A DNA stretch of 64,000 bases from an uncultured Kiritimatiellota bacterium (GCA_944389565.1 CALXMV010000004.1:11859-75858); one strand, 5' to 3'. Positions 45,754 through 55,818 are shown, counted from the first letter of the stretch. The notes: generated from the sequence alone by a model not told the origin. Numbers and translations are program-made.

Positions 45754-47586
45754 GGCGCGGATCGCGTTGAGCACGGCGAGGAAGCAGACCCCCACGTCCG
45801 CGAAGACCGCCGCCCACAGGTTCGCGAGGCCGAGTGCGCCGAGCACCAGGATGGCGGCCTTGACGCCGACGGCGAAGACGATGTTCTGCCAGGCGATGGC
45901 CAGGGTGCCGCGGGCGATGCGGATGGCCACGGCGATTTTCGAGGGTTTATCGTCCATGAGCACGACGTCGGCGGCCTCGATGGCGGCGTCGGAGCCGAGC
46001 GCCCCCATGGCGACGCCCAGGTCGGCGCGGGCGAGGACGGGCGCGTCGTTGATGCCGTCCCCCACGAAGGCCAGGCGCGCGCGCGGGTCGTCGGCGCGGG
46101 TCTCGCGCAACAGTTCCTCCACGTGCGCCACCTTGTCGGCGGGCAGGAGCTTGGCGAAGAAGCGGTCGAGCCCCAGGGCGGCTGCGACGCGCCGCGCGGC
46201 GGACTCCCCATCGCCCGTCAGCATGACCGTCCGGCGGACGCCGACGGCGCGGAGGGCGGCGATGGCCTCGGCGGCGTCGGGCTTCGGGGTGTCCTCGGCC
46301 AGGAGCGAGCCGGCGTACGCGCCGTCGACAGCCACGTGGATGACGGAGCCGGGCTCGTCGGCCGGGGGCAGGGCGATGCCCGCCGAGGCCATGAGCCGCG
46401 CGTTGCCGGCCAGGACGGCGTGCCCCTCGAAGCGGACGCGCACGCCCTGCCCCGCGACCTCCCGCGCCTCGGTGACGGCCCCGGCGCGGATCGAGGTGCC
46501 CCAGGCGCGGACGACCGCCGCGGCAAGCGGATGGGTGGAGACGCTCTCGGCATGGGCGGCGACCTCGAGCAGGCGTTCGCGGCTCATGCCCACAGGGCGC
46601 ACCTGGGTGACGGCGAAGGCGCCGCGCGTGAGCGTGCCCGTCTTGTCGAAGACGACGGTGCGGACGTTGGCGAGGGTCTCGACGCAGGTGGAGCCTTTGA
46701 GGAGGATGCCGCGGCGGCTGGCCGCGCCGATGCCGCCGAAGAAGGAGAGCGGCACCGAGATCACCAGCGCGCACGGGCACGAGATGACCAGGAAGGTCAG
46801 CGCGCGGTAGACCCACGTGCCCCACGCGCCGCCGGCCAGCAGAGGCGGCAACGCCGCCACCGCCACCGCCGCCACGACGACCACGGGCGTGTACCACCGC
46901 GCGAAACGGGTGATGAAGGCCTCCGTCCGCGCCTTGCGCTCGGCGGCCTCCTCGACCAACGCGAGGATCCGCGCCACGGTCGAGTCGGCATAGGCCTTCG
47001 TGGCGCGGATCTCCAGCAGGCCGGTGAGGTTGATGCACCCGCTGGCGGCGTTCTCGCCGGGGCCGATCTCGCGCGGCAGGGATTCGCCGGTGAGCGCCGC
47101 GGTGTCGAGCGCCGAGAGCCCGGAGAGGACGACCCCGTCGACCGGAATCCGCTCGCCGGGGCGCACGAGCACCGTCTCGCCGGGGCGGACCTCCTCGGGG
47201 ACGACCTCGGCCTCGCGTCCGTCGCGACGGACGCGGGCGGACTCGGGGCGGAGATCCATGAGCGCGGCGACGGAGCCGCGCGTGCGGCCCACGGCGAAAG
47301 CCTGGAACCATTCGCCGACCTGGTAGAAGAGCATGACGGCCGCGCCCTCGGCCACGTCGCCCAAAGCGATGGCGCCGAGGGAGGCGATGGCCATCAGGAA
47401 GTTCTCGTCGAAGACCTCCCCGCGGGCGATGTTCCGCAGGGCCGTCCAGAGCACCTCCCAGCCGGCGATGGCATAGGCGAGGGCGAAGGCGGCCAGGCCG
47501 CCCCACCCGGGGAGCGCCCAACCCGCCACGAAGCAGAAGAGCCCCGCGGCGATCCAGGCCAGTTTCCGTCTCAACGCGCGTGACAT
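45739..47586 (-). CDS. heavy-metal translocating P1B-type ATPase (Zn/Cd/Co/Pb-type, CPC motif)
   Basis: 615 aa with SCPCALVIS, DKTGTLT, and GDGINDAP motifs. Confidence 0.85.
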   Translation of the reverse strand: MSRALRRKLAWIAAGLFCFVAGWALPGWGGLAAFALAYAIAGWEVLWTALRNIARGEVFDENFLMAIASLGAIALGDVAEGAAVMLFYQVGEWFQAFAVGRTRGSVAALMDLRPESARVRRDGREAEVVPEEVRPGETVLVRPGERIPVDGVVLSGLSALDTAALTGESLPREIGPGENAASGCINLTGLLEIRATKAYADSTVARILALVEEAAERKARTEAFITRFARWYTPVVVVAAVAVAALPPLLAGGAWGTWVYRALTFLVISCPCALVISVPLSFFGGIGAASRRGILLKGSTCVETLANVRTVVFDKTGTLTRGAFAVTQVRPVGMSRERLLEVAAHAESVSTHPLAAAVVRAWGTSIRAGAVTEAREVAGQGVRVRFEGHAVLAGNARLMASAGIALPPADEPGSVIHVAVDGAYAGSLLAEDTPKPDAAEAIAALRAVGVRRTVMLTGDGESAARRVAAALGLDRFFAKLLPADKVAHVEELLRETRADDPRARLAFVGDGINDAPVLARADLGVAMGALGSDAAIEAADVVLMDDKPSKIAVAIRIARGTLAIAWQNIVFAVGVKAAILVLGALGLANLWAAVFADVGVCFLAVLNAIRALRLR

Positions 47587-47612
47587 GGCGGCACCTCCTT
47601 TCCGGGCGTGGC

Positions 47613-47828
47613 TCAAGCCACCGTGACGTCGGGCTCCAGTTTGCGCACGAGCGCCTTGGCCTCGGCGGCGACCGCCTCGAAGCGTTCGTCGGCGGCCTCG
47701 ATGGAGAGGCGCTGGGCGAGGAAGCTCACCGTGGCCCTCTCCACGCCGTCGAGGCGGTTCAGCGCGCGCTCCAGTTTGGCGGCGCAGTTCGCGCAATCGA
47801 GATTGCTCAGACGGAAACTCTTCTTCAT
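47613..47828 (-). CDS. heavy-metal-associated (HMA) domain metallochaperone, CopZ-like
   Basis: MKKSFRLSNLDCANCAAKLERAL, with the CxxC metal-binding motif. Confidence 0.7.
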   Translation of the reverse strand: MKKSFRLSNLDCANCAAKLERALNRLDGVERATVSFLAQRLSIEAADERFEAVAAEAKALVRKLEPDVTVA

Positions 47829-47875
47829 GGCGTGTCCTTTCGCGTTATTCGTCAAACGTCTGTTTGACCGACAAC

Positions 47876-47925
47876 GCGCATAAGATAGCGCAACCGCCTT
47901 ACTTTTGTCAAGCGGTAATTTGAGC
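47876..47925 (-). promoter_or_regulatory. sigma70-like promoter for the metallochaperone/ATPase operon: TTGACA-N18-gcgcTATCTTAatgcgc (gene orientation)
   Basis: Reverse complement of 47878-47925 reads ctcaaattaccgcTTGACAaaagtaaggcggttgcgcTATCTTaatgcgc. Confidence 0.4.
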
Positions 47926-47933
47926 GATTGGGG

Positions 47934-48647
47934 TCAGGTTCGGCGAAGCAGGCAGGTGCGGTCGCAGTCGGGCCAGGCGGGGTAAAGGTCGGTGAGGGCA
48001 CGCCAGAAGGCGGGGCTGTGGTTGAAGTGCGTCAGGTGCGTGAGCTCGTGCGCCACGGTGGCGGCGAGGACCTGCACGGGGAAACGCGCCAGGCACGGCG
48101 CCAACAGGATCTCGCCCGCGCGGGTGCATTGCCCGATCGTGTGCCCGCGCAGACGCCCGTTCACCGTGAGCCCCGAGGGACCGCGCGGGAGCCGCGGCAG
48201 AAAGCCCTCGACCAGCCCGCGCGCGGCCTCCAGCAGACGTTCCCGCGCGTAAGCCTCCACGCGGGCGGCCACCTCGCCCGGGGCGAAGGCCCGCCGGGCG
48301 GTGACCTGAAGCGCGCCCTCCTCGGCCCAGAGGGCGTCGCTCCCCGCGAAAGGGGTCAGACGCAAGGGGACGATCTCGCCGAGGATCAGCGCCTCGGCGG
48401 CGGGGTCGGGCAGGTGCGCGGGCGGGGCGCCGGCCTCGCGCCAAGCGGCCTCCAGCGCCTCTTCATCCTCCCACGGCCCGTCGTCGCCGATGGGGTGGAA
48501 GAGGCCGACGACGGCCTCGTGGGGGGCGAAGCGGATGAGCCGCGCGCCGAGACGTTCGGCGGGGAGGTGCGCGGAGCGTTGGCGGTAGCGGCGCACCGCG
48601 TAACCGCGGAAGGTGGCCGGCCCGCCGGCCTGGGCGCGGGCGTACAT
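47934..48647 (-). CDS. YgjP-like (DUF45/M48-family) zinc metallopeptidase
   Basis: 237 aa with a C-terminal HELTHLTHFNHS (HExxH) motif. Confidence 0.65.
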   Translation of the reverse strand: MYARAQAGGPATFRGYAVRRYRQRSAHLPAERLGARLIRFAPHEAVVGLFHPIGDDGPWEDEEALEAAWREAGAPPAHLPDPAAEALILGEIVPLRLTPFAGSDALWAEEGALQVTARRAFAPGEVAARVEAYARERLLEAARGLVEGFLPRLPRGPSGLTVNGRLRGHTIGQCTRAGEILLAPCLARFPVQVLAATVAHELTHLTHFNHSPAFWRALTDLYPAWPDCDRTCLLRRT

Positions 48648-48651
48648 GACG

Positions 48652-50655
48652 TCAGGGGATGAGCCCTTCGAGGCGGAGGATAGCGGCGGGGTCGGGATCG
48701 CGGCCCATACAGGCGCGGAAGACCTCGGCCGCGGGCATGGATCCGCCCAGGGCCAGGAAGGTGTCGCGGTAACGCCGGCCGAGGGCGCGGCGTTTGGCGG
48801 CGGTGGCCCCGGCGAAGCCGGCATAGAGATCGGCCGAGAGGGTCTCGCTCCATTTGTAGGAGTAGTAGCCGGCGGCGTACCCGCCCGCGAAGATGTGGGT
48901 GAAGGCGTTGAGGAAGTGGTCGTCCGGATGGGGGGGCGCGGGGAGCAGGCGCTTGGCGATGCGCCGCATGACCTCGGCGGGGGTGACGGGCTTGGCGCCG
49001 CGCCGCGGCCGCGTGTGCAGGGCCAGATCGGTCTCCGCGAGGAGCAGTTGGCGGACGAGCGCGTTGCCGGCGCGGTAGGTGCGCTTGGCGACGATCTTCC
49101 CGACGAGCGCCTTGGGGAGCGGCTTGCCGGTCTCGACATGGCACGAGAGGCCGCGGAGGATGGCCGGCTCGTAGGGGAACTGCTCCAGGAACTGCGAGGC
49201 AATCTCCACCGCGTCCCACTCCACGTTGCTGATGCCCGAGCAGGAGGGGGAGTCGACGGTGGTGAGGGTCTCCTGCAGGGCGTGGCCCATCTCATGGAAG
49301 AGGGTGGCGACCTCATAGAAACTCATCGTCGCGGGGGCCTTGCCGCGCGGCGGCTTCTGGTTGCAGCAGACGACCGCGATCGGCGGCTGGCGGCGCGTCT
49401 CGAAATCGCGCCCGCGGATCTCGTTCATCCACGCGCCGCCGTTTTTCGTGCCCGGGCGGGCGTAGGGGTCGAGGTAGAGCCCCGCGAGCGTCTCGCCCCG
49501 CGCGTCGAGCAGGCGGTAGAAACGCACGTCCTTGTGCCAGGCGTGGATGGCGCCCTTCGCGCGCTCGAAACGCACGTCGAAAAGTTCGCCGATCAGGGCG
49601 AAGAGCCCTTCGAGCACATGCTCCATCGGGAAATACGCGCGCAGCGCCTCGTCGTCATACCCGAAGAGCGCCTGCGACTGCCGCTCCGCCCAGAAGGGGC
49701 GATCCCAGGGCATGAGCTTCCCGCGCGCGCCGTTCGCCTTGGCGAAGGCCGCGAGGGTCTCGTCCTCCGCCTTGGCCGCCGGGCGCCCCACCTCCGCCAT
49801 CGGCCCTAGGAGGGCGAGCACGGCCTCGGGCGTGCCGGCCATCTTGGCGGCGGTGGAGAGGTGCGCGTAGTCCGGTTCGCCGAGGAGGTCGGCGGACTGC
49901 TGGCGCAGACGCAGGATCTGGGCGATGAGGGGGGCGTTGTCGCCCGCGCCCGCCGAGGCGCGCCCCGCGCGCGCCCGCCAGAAACGTTCCCGCACGGCGG
50001 GCCGCTCGGCGTGGCGCATCACCGCGTCGTACGTGGCGAAGTCGATCCCCAGCTCCCAGGGGCCCTGGCCATGGAGCAGGTCGGCGGGAATGCCCGCCTC
50101 CTCCCCGGGCGCCACCGTCACCTTCGTCTCCCGGTCGGCGTCGAGCACATGGTTCGCGAAGTCGAGCGAGAGTTTGGCGAGGCGCTTCTGGAGCGTGGCG
50201 AAGGCCTTGCGCCGGGGCGTCGGCAGGCCCACGCCCGCCTGGCGCATCCCGAGCGCCGTGCGCTCGACCACGTGCCGCTGCCAGGGCTCCAGGTCGCCGC
50301 TCTCGGCCAGGGCCATGAGCCCCTCGTAAAGCGGGCGGCTCTGCGCCTGCCGGTAGAGCAGGGAGAGGATCTTGGGCTGCCAGGCGGCCTCCACCTTCCG
50401 CCAGGCCTCGCTGTTCACCACGCTCGTCAGGTGGCACAGCGTGCCCCACACCTCCAGCGGCGGGCGCAAGGCCAGCGCCGGCGCCACCACCAGCCCCTCC
50501 CACGACACGTCCAGCCGCCGCTCCACCGCGCGGAACGCCCGTTCCGCCGCCGGCACCGTCGCCGCCAACGCCGCCTCGCACGCCTCCGGCGTCATCGCGT
50601 CGTAACGCGGCATCCACGCCGTCCCCAAAAACGCATTCTGCTCGCTTGCCTTCAT
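48652..50655 (-). CDS. M3-family zinc oligopeptidase (oligopeptidase A / dipeptidyl carboxypeptidase Dcp-like)
   Basis: 667 aa with the motif FHEMGHALQ. Confidence 0.8.
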   Translation of the reverse strand: MKASEQNAFLGTAWMPRYDAMTPEACEAALAATVPAAERAFRAVERRLDVSWEGLVVAPALALRPPLEVWGTLCHLTSVVNSEAWRKVEAAWQPKILSLLYRQAQSRPLYEGLMALAESGDLEPWQRHVVERTALGMRQAGVGLPTPRRKAFATLQKRLAKLSLDFANHVLDADRETKVTVAPGEEAGIPADLLHGQGPWELGIDFATYDAVMRHAERPAVRERFWRARAGRASAGAGDNAPLIAQILRLRQQSADLLGEPDYAHLSTAAKMAGTPEAVLALLGPMAEVGRPAAKAEDETLAAFAKANGARGKLMPWDRPFWAERQSQALFGYDDEALRAYFPMEHVLEGLFALIGELFDVRFERAKGAIHAWHKDVRFYRLLDARGETLAGLYLDPYARPGTKNGGAWMNEIRGRDFETRRQPPIAVVCCNQKPPRGKAPATMSFYEVATLFHEMGHALQETLTTVDSPSCSGISNVEWDAVEIASQFLEQFPYEPAILRGLSCHVETGKPLPKALVGKIVAKRTYRAGNALVRQLLLAETDLALHTRPRRGAKPVTPAEVMRRIAKRLLPAPPHPDDHFLNAFTHIFAGGYAAGYYSYKWSETLSADLYAGFAGATAAKRRALGRRYRDTFLALGGSMPAAEVFRACMGRDPDPAAILRLEGLIP

Positions 50656-50751
50656 GATGAGACTCCTTGCTTGGGGCAATGATACCACAACCCGTCGCGG
50701 AAGAGGAACCCCACCCCACGAAAGGCAGACGGATAGGCGGCAGGAGGCACC

Positions 50752-50832
50752 CACCCGCCACCTTTCGCCCCGAAACCCTAAGGGGGCCGGGGCGAAACCC
50801 TTAGGGGTCCGCCCCCAAGGCCGGCAGGGGCG
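50752..50832. repeat. REP-like intergenic repeat, locus D
   Basis: ccccgaaaccctaagggggccggggcgaaacccttaggggtccgcccccaaggccggcagg. Confidence 0.55.
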
Positions 50833-50872
50833 GGGCATGCGCCATGGCGTGGGGAGGGGCGCCAAAGGCCGC

Positions 50873-52351
50873 CTAGCGCGGCAGGCGGGTCGTCCCGGCG
50901 GGGATCTGGCGGCGCGTGCCGCGGTCGAGGACGGTGAGGGGCTTGTCGGTGGTGACGGTGAGGGCGGCGCCATCGTCGACCAACGAGAGGGTACGGCCGC
51001 CGAAGGTGAGGTTTTCGATGCCGAGGGGAAAGGCGGCGTCCTTGGGCGGGTCCCATTCCACGACGCCGGCGGCGGCGTCGCAGGCGCGCAGGCCGATGAG
51101 GTTCTCGATGAGGAGGTTGATGGGGCCGAGGGCCGACCAGCCGCAGAAGGTGTGGCGGGCGCGGCGGCCGTGCTCGGTGCTGGGTTCGTCGGCCTCGGGG
51201 GCGTAGCATTCCCAGATGGAGTGGGGCTCGCAATTGCGGAAGACGCGCTCCTGGAGGGCCACGATGCGCTTGGCGAGGCTGTCGGCGAGGGCGCGGTGGC
51301 CGTAGGCGTCGAGGGCGCGGATGGCCATGTAGCCGGTGGGCGGCCAGATGCCGCCGCGCCAGTAGTCGCCCGTCTTCGCGTCATAGCCGGGCGAGCGGCG
51401 CGAGACGGTGGGGATGGGGCGCTCTCCGCCGAACTCCATCGGGTCCTCAAACCACTTCGCCACGCGGTCGGCCTGGGCCTGGGTGGCGACACCGGCCAGG
51501 AGCGGCCAGAGCGAGGCGGGCGTGCGCACCTTGCTGAAACCGCCGTCGCCGAGGCGCACGTCGTAGTAGAAACCGTCCTCCTCGCACCAGTAATGGTCGT
51601 TGATTTCCTTGGCCACGCGGGCGTATTCCTTGCGCCACTTCGCGGATTCGGCGGCGTGCTCGGGGCCGAGGGCGTCGTAGAGCGCGGCGATGCATTTGGC
51701 CGCGAGGGCCTGCTGGGCGATGGCGTCCACCCAGAGGATCCCGCCCCAGCCCACGTCCGCGCCGCGCGGGGTGTTGTCCATGCCGCTGCGCCCGCCGTTC
51801 CAGACGAAGCCCCAGGCACCGTTCGCCGCCTTGGCGGGTTTGAGGATCACGGGATTGACGCACCCGCGCGGCACCCGCCCCGTCGGCGGATCCATGAAGG
51901 CGGCGTAATGGCGTTGCAGGAGTTTGCGCCGGAGCAGGATCTCCTCCAACCGCTTCCGGTCGCCATGGAACTTCCAATGCTCCAGCTCGCACCACGCGAA
52001 GAGGGGCGGGTTGTCCCAGATGTGGACACGCAGGGGGGTGTCGCGGTGCTCGACGACCGGCGCGTAGACCGCCTCCAGCGTCTCGATGCCGGGATAGTCG
52101 GCGGCGGCGTACTTCGTGAACTGCGCCATGAAGCAGGAGTCCCAGATCCAGATTTGGTCGTCGTAGACGCCCTCGTCCATGTACCGCTTGACGGGCGCGC
52201 CCCCGGGCGCCTCCCAGGTGCGGGTCTTGGCTTCCCGCCAGGCCTCATCGTAGAGGGCCACGAGGTTCGCGTCGGGGTGGACGACCGTGGGCGGCGCGGC
52301 CACCGCCACGCCCACCCACGCCAGCAAGGGGAGGAACATCATCGCTTTCAT
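50873..52351 (-). CDS. secreted six-hairpin glycoside hydrolase (GH63/GH37-like)
   Basis: Signal peptide MKAMMFLPLLAWVGVAVA, 492 aa, with (alpha/alpha)6 glycosidase-like motifs. Confidence 0.5.
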   Translation of the reverse strand: MKAMMFLPLLAWVGVAVAAPPTVVHPDANLVALYDEAWREAKTRTWEAPGGAPVKRYMDEGVYDDQIWIWDSCFMAQFTKYAAADYPGIETLEAVYAPVVEHRDTPLRVHIWDNPPLFAWCELEHWKFHGDRKRLEEILLRRKLLQRHYAAFMDPPTGRVPRGCVNPVILKPAKAANGAWGFVWNGGRSGMDNTPRGADVGWGGILWVDAIAQQALAAKCIAALYDALGPEHAAESAKWRKEYARVAKEINDHYWCEEDGFYYDVRLGDGGFSKVRTPASLWPLLAGVATQAQADRVAKWFEDPMEFGGERPIPTVSRRSPGYDAKTGDYWRGGIWPPTGYMAIRALDAYGHRALADSLAKRIVALQERVFRNCEPHSIWECYAPEADEPSTEHGRRARHTFCGWSALGPINLLIENLIGLRACDAAAGVVEWDPPKDAAFPLGIENLTFGGRTLSLVDDGAALTVTTDKPLTVLDRGTRRQIPAGTTRLPR

Positions 52352-52535
52352 GGCTTCATCTTACCACCATCCCCCCAGGAAGGAAACACCCCCCGTCCCC
52401 CCTCCTCGCCCCCGGCGTACCCCCGTGCGCACCCCCATCGCATCATCCCGCGGGATGGCCTTTGGGATGGGCCGGATGGCGTCGTTGCGGAAATGGACTC
52501 GGCGGGGACGGCGAAGCACGCGCCACAGCCCCGGA

Positions 52536-53564
52536 TCAGGGGTCGAAGAGGGTGGCGAGATAGGCTTTGACGGTCTCGATGGCGGCCTTCGGGGGGGCGT
52601 GGAGGTCGCAGCCGGCGGCGCGGAGGTGGCCGCCGCCGCCGAAGTGCTCGGCGATGGAGGCGGCGGTGAAGCCCAGGCCGTCGCCGCGGGTGCGGACGCT
52701 GAGGCGGGTGAGGCCGGGTTTGTCCTTGGTCTCGTAGAAGAAGAGGGAGATTTGGGCGGTGGGGATGGAGCGGGGGATGTCGATGGCGTCCTCGATCTCG
52801 CTTTTGGCGACGCCGGCGCGGCGGAAGTCGCGGGCGGTGAGGCTGATGAGGGCGACGCGGCCGCGGAACCAAGTGGTGAGGGAGTCGTAGGCCTTGCGCT
52901 TGAGGAGGACGGCGCCCTCGCTGGCGTAAAGGTAGAGACGGTCGTTGATAGCGGAGGAGTCGACGCCTTGGGCGAGGAGCTCGGCGGCGGCGCGGAGGGT
53001 GGAGGGGTGGGTGCAGGAGTAGGCGAAGCGGCCGGTGTCGGTGACGAGGGCGACCCAGAGTGCCTCGGCGGTCCGGGTGTCGATGGGCCAGCGGAGGCGC
53101 TTGGCGAAGCGGTGGACGAGCTCGCCGGTGCTGGAAGCGTCGGGGACGACCCAGCGGGCGTGGCCGAAGGTCTTGGTGGTGACGTGGTGGTCGATGTTGA
53201 GGATGGGGAGCTTGGCGACGGCGTCGCGGAGGGGGCCTTCGGGGAGCCGCTCCAGCCCGCCGCAGTCGAGGACTAGGGCGCAGTCGTAGTCGCGGGCGCG
53301 GATGTTGGTGGGGGCGACGCAGTCGGCGTAGTCGAGGAGGAAGCGGGGCGGGCCCATGCCGAGAGGGGAAAGCGCGACGGTGGGCGCCCAGCCCTGGGCC
53401 TTGAGCATCCGAGCCATGGCGACGCAACTGCCGACGGCGTCGCCGTCGGGGCGGGTGTGGGCGGTGACGAGGACGCGGCGGTGCTGCCTGAGGGCCTCGG
53501 CCACGCGGCGGATGCTGCCGCGGGCGCGATGGGTCGTCAGATTGGGCGACGTACGGTCAGTCAT
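52536..53564 (-). CDS. nrnA: DHH-family bifunctional oligoribonuclease / pAp phosphatase
   Basis: VTAHTRPDGDAVGSCVAMA...LDCGG...NIDHH..., C-terminal DHHA1 domain with GGGH. Confidence 0.75.
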   Translation of the reverse strand: MTDRTSPNLTTHRARGSIRRVAEALRQHRRVLVTAHTRPDGDAVGSCVAMARMLKAQGWAPTVALSPLGMGPPRFLLDYADCVAPTNIRARDYDCALVLDCGGLERLPEGPLRDAVAKLPILNIDHHVTTKTFGHARWVVPDASSTGELVHRFAKRLRWPIDTRTAEALWVALVTDTGRFAYSCTHPSTLRAAAELLAQGVDSSAINDRLYLYASEGAVLLKRKAYDSLTTWFRGRVALISLTARDFRRAGVAKSEIEDAIDIPRSIPTAQISLFFYETKDKPGLTRLSVRTRGDGLGFTAASIAEHFGGGGHLRAAGCDLHAPPKAAIETVKAYLATLFDP

Positions 53565-55818
53565 TCGCGGGCTTGTACTCGGTGGGGATCTCGGCAAGCC
53601 AAGCGCGGACGGCGGCGTCGGGCGGCTCGATGGCGGTGATGGTGGCGGCGCGGACGCCGCGCTCGGCGGGGAGCTCGACCTGGGCGCCGACGGCCTTACC
53701 GATGAGGAGGTCGGCCAAGCGGGAGCGGCTGGAGATGATGCCGAGGGTCTCGTCGCGGTCAAGCTCACCGAGGATGGTGTAGGCGAGGGTCTGGCCGTCG
53801 GCGGCGCGGAGGGTGACCTTGGTGCCGGGGGCGACGGTCTCGCAGGGGACGCCCTCGAAGGCGGTGGGCTTGAGGGCCTTGAGGGTACGGTCCATCTCGT
53901 CCTGGCGGCCGAGGAGGACGCGCTGGTGGTCGCGGGCGAATTGGTACTCGGCGTTCTCGCGGAGGTCGCCGTAGGAGCGGGCGGTCGCGATGTCCTTGGC
54001 GTTGGCGGGGATCTCGACGTTGATGAGGTGGTCGTAGGCGAGGCGGTAGGCGGCGAGGGAGCGCTCGGAGGTGAGATGCTGGCGCTCCTGCGGGAGGCGC
54101 TCGGAACGGCGGAACTGCGCGAGCTCGGGGAAGTCGCGCGCCATGCGCACGAGGACGTTCCGGCGGCTGGCGGCGTCCCAGTCGCCGGAGGCGGAGGCCT
54201 GGACGCGCTCGAAGAGGACCTGGCGCTCGAAGGGGGTGAGCATGGCGCAGGCGCGCCGCAGCCAGGTGGGGTTGTCGAAGAAGGCCTGGAGGGCGTTGCG
54301 CATACGCAGGGCCTCGCCGGTGTGGCGGTGCTCGACGATGTGGACGGCCTGGGTGATGAGCTCGTTGAGCGGCGGGAGGGGCCAGTCCTTGGCGGCGGGC
54401 TTGTCGAGGGCGGCCTTGGCCTTGGCGGTTTTCTTGGCGCGGGCGGGGGCCTCATCGGGGTCGGCGGCGAGCGGGTAATGGCGGAACGCCCAGACGACGA
54501 GGGTGGGCACGGGGCTGCCTTTGCGGCGGAGGAGCTTCTGGACGAGCGCCGTGGCGTCGTCGTCGCCGACGAGGGCGTCCAGGGTGGCGCCCAGGGCCAC
54601 GCTGGCGAAGCGCTCCACGTGGGCGAGGATCTGCGCCTTCTTGTCGGGGGCGACCTCGAGGATGAAGCGGATGAGGCTGGTGACGTCGCGCGCGGAGAGG
54701 CCCTTGACCGCGTGGTCGAGATGGTCCAGGCGGTCGTCCTCGTACTCCTTCTCGGTCAGTCGCTCGACCTGCTTGGCGCGCTCCTCGGGGGTGGAGAGGC
54801 CGATGTCGCGCAGGAGGAGGGCCACCTGGGCGTAGCGGGGATAGTCGGTGCGGTCGGCGCCCTTGAGGGCGAAGGCGAGGCGGTCCCTGACGGTATCGCG
54901 GTAGCTGTCGGGCAGGGTGCCGCCGTTTTCCTGGAGGAGGGCGGTCACGCCGTCGAGGATGGCCTTGATGTCGCGGGTCTTGGCGAAGACGCGCAGCCAG
55001 GCGGCGCCGAAGTCCTCCTCGGCGTCGAGGAGGCGGAGGGGGTCGGTGCGCTTGGCGGGGATCTCGACGGGCTGCTTCTTGTCGGCCTTCAGGCCGCGGC
55101 GGGCGGGCTCCCAGAAGGCCTTCCACTTGCCAGGGGCGACGATGCCGATAGTCTCCAGCCGCTCCTGCAGGCGCTGGATGGGCATGGGGCCGAAGCTGCG
55201 GAGCGCCAGGCGGACGATTTCCGCGGGGTCCTTCTCGGCCAGCGCCCGGATGGCCTCGGGGTCGCGCTTCCAACGGGTGAGCAGGTGCTCCTCGCCGGCC
55301 ACGTCGAGGCTCTGCCCCGCCACCGAGAGGCTCATGGCGTGCCCCTTCTTGCCGTCGAAGTCGATGATGACCTTGCCATAGAAGGAGTCGATTTCGCGCA
55401 CCTGGCCGAAGCCCCACGACTGGCTGATCACGTACACCCCCGGCTTGAGCGCCAGGAGCACGCCCAGACGCTTGGCGATGGCCTCGGTGGTGGCCGAGCC
55501 CAGGCCGACGGCGTCCACGAAGAGCTTGTCGTCGGTGGAGACGGCGCTGCGGCGCACCAACTCGCGGATCTGATCGGCCGTCACGGCGGGCAGCTCGCGC
55601 ACGTGCTTCGCATGGAAGCCCGCGCACGCCACCGCGGCGGCGAGGTCACGGGCCTTCGTGGCGGCCTCGCAGACCACCGCGAAGCCGTCGCCGGCGGCCT
55701 TGGCATCCTCCGCCAGGCACTCGCCCACCAACGCCAGCGCCTCGACGATTTCCGCCACCGTGGGCCGCTCCACCCCCGCCAAGTCCTGCATCCTCATGCC
55801 GTAAGCCGTCTTGTCCAT
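53557..55818 (-). CDS. GreA/GreB-family transcription elongation factor with ~590-aa N-terminal extension
   Basis: C-terminal ...ARSYGDLRENAEYQFARDHQRVLLGRQDEMDRTLK... is a Gre coiled-coil plus FKBP-like domain. 753 aa in total. Confidence 0.6.
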   Translation of the reverse strand: MDKTAYGMRMQDLAGVERPTVAEIVEALALVGECLAEDAKAAGDGFAVVCEAATKARDLAAAVACAGFHAKHVRELPAVTADQIRELVRRSAVSTDDKLFVDAVGLGSATTEAIAKRLGVLLALKPGVYVISQSWGFGQVREIDSFYGKVIIDFDGKKGHAMSLSVAGQSLDVAGEEHLLTRWKRDPEAIRALAEKDPAEIVRLALRSFGPMPIQRLQERLETIGIVAPGKWKAFWEPARRGLKADKKQPVEIPAKRTDPLRLLDAEEDFGAAWLRVFAKTRDIKAILDGVTALLQENGGTLPDSYRDTVRDRLAFALKGADRTDYPRYAQVALLLRDIGLSTPEERAKQVERLTEKEYEDDRLDHLDHAVKGLSARDVTSLIRFILEVAPDKKAQILAHVERFASVALGATLDALVGDDDATALVQKLLRRKGSPVPTLVVWAFRHYPLAADPDEAPARAKKTAKAKAALDKPAAKDWPLPPLNELITQAVHIVEHRHTGEALRMRNALQAFFDNPTWLRRACAMLTPFERQVLFERVQASASGDWDAASRRNVLVRMARDFPELAQFRRSERLPQERQHLTSERSLAAYRLAYDHLINVEIPANAKDIATARSYGDLRENAEYQFARDHQRVLLGRQDEMDRTLKALKPTAFEGVPCETVAPGTKVTLRAADGQTLAYTILGELDRDETLGIISSRSRLADLLIGKAVGAQVELPAERGVRAATITAIEPPDAAVRAWLAEIPTEYKPAND

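Noticed and set aside
43621-45770. Alternative annotation of the 43621-45753 ORF as a single-domain GT or with the upstream start MGREGARP...
   Set aside because: The internal ATG at 43675 (MRLVYWTIF) follows a TATACT -10-like box and begins the conserved GT domain. The upstream extension is Arg/Pro-rich and lies inside the REP-like repeat.
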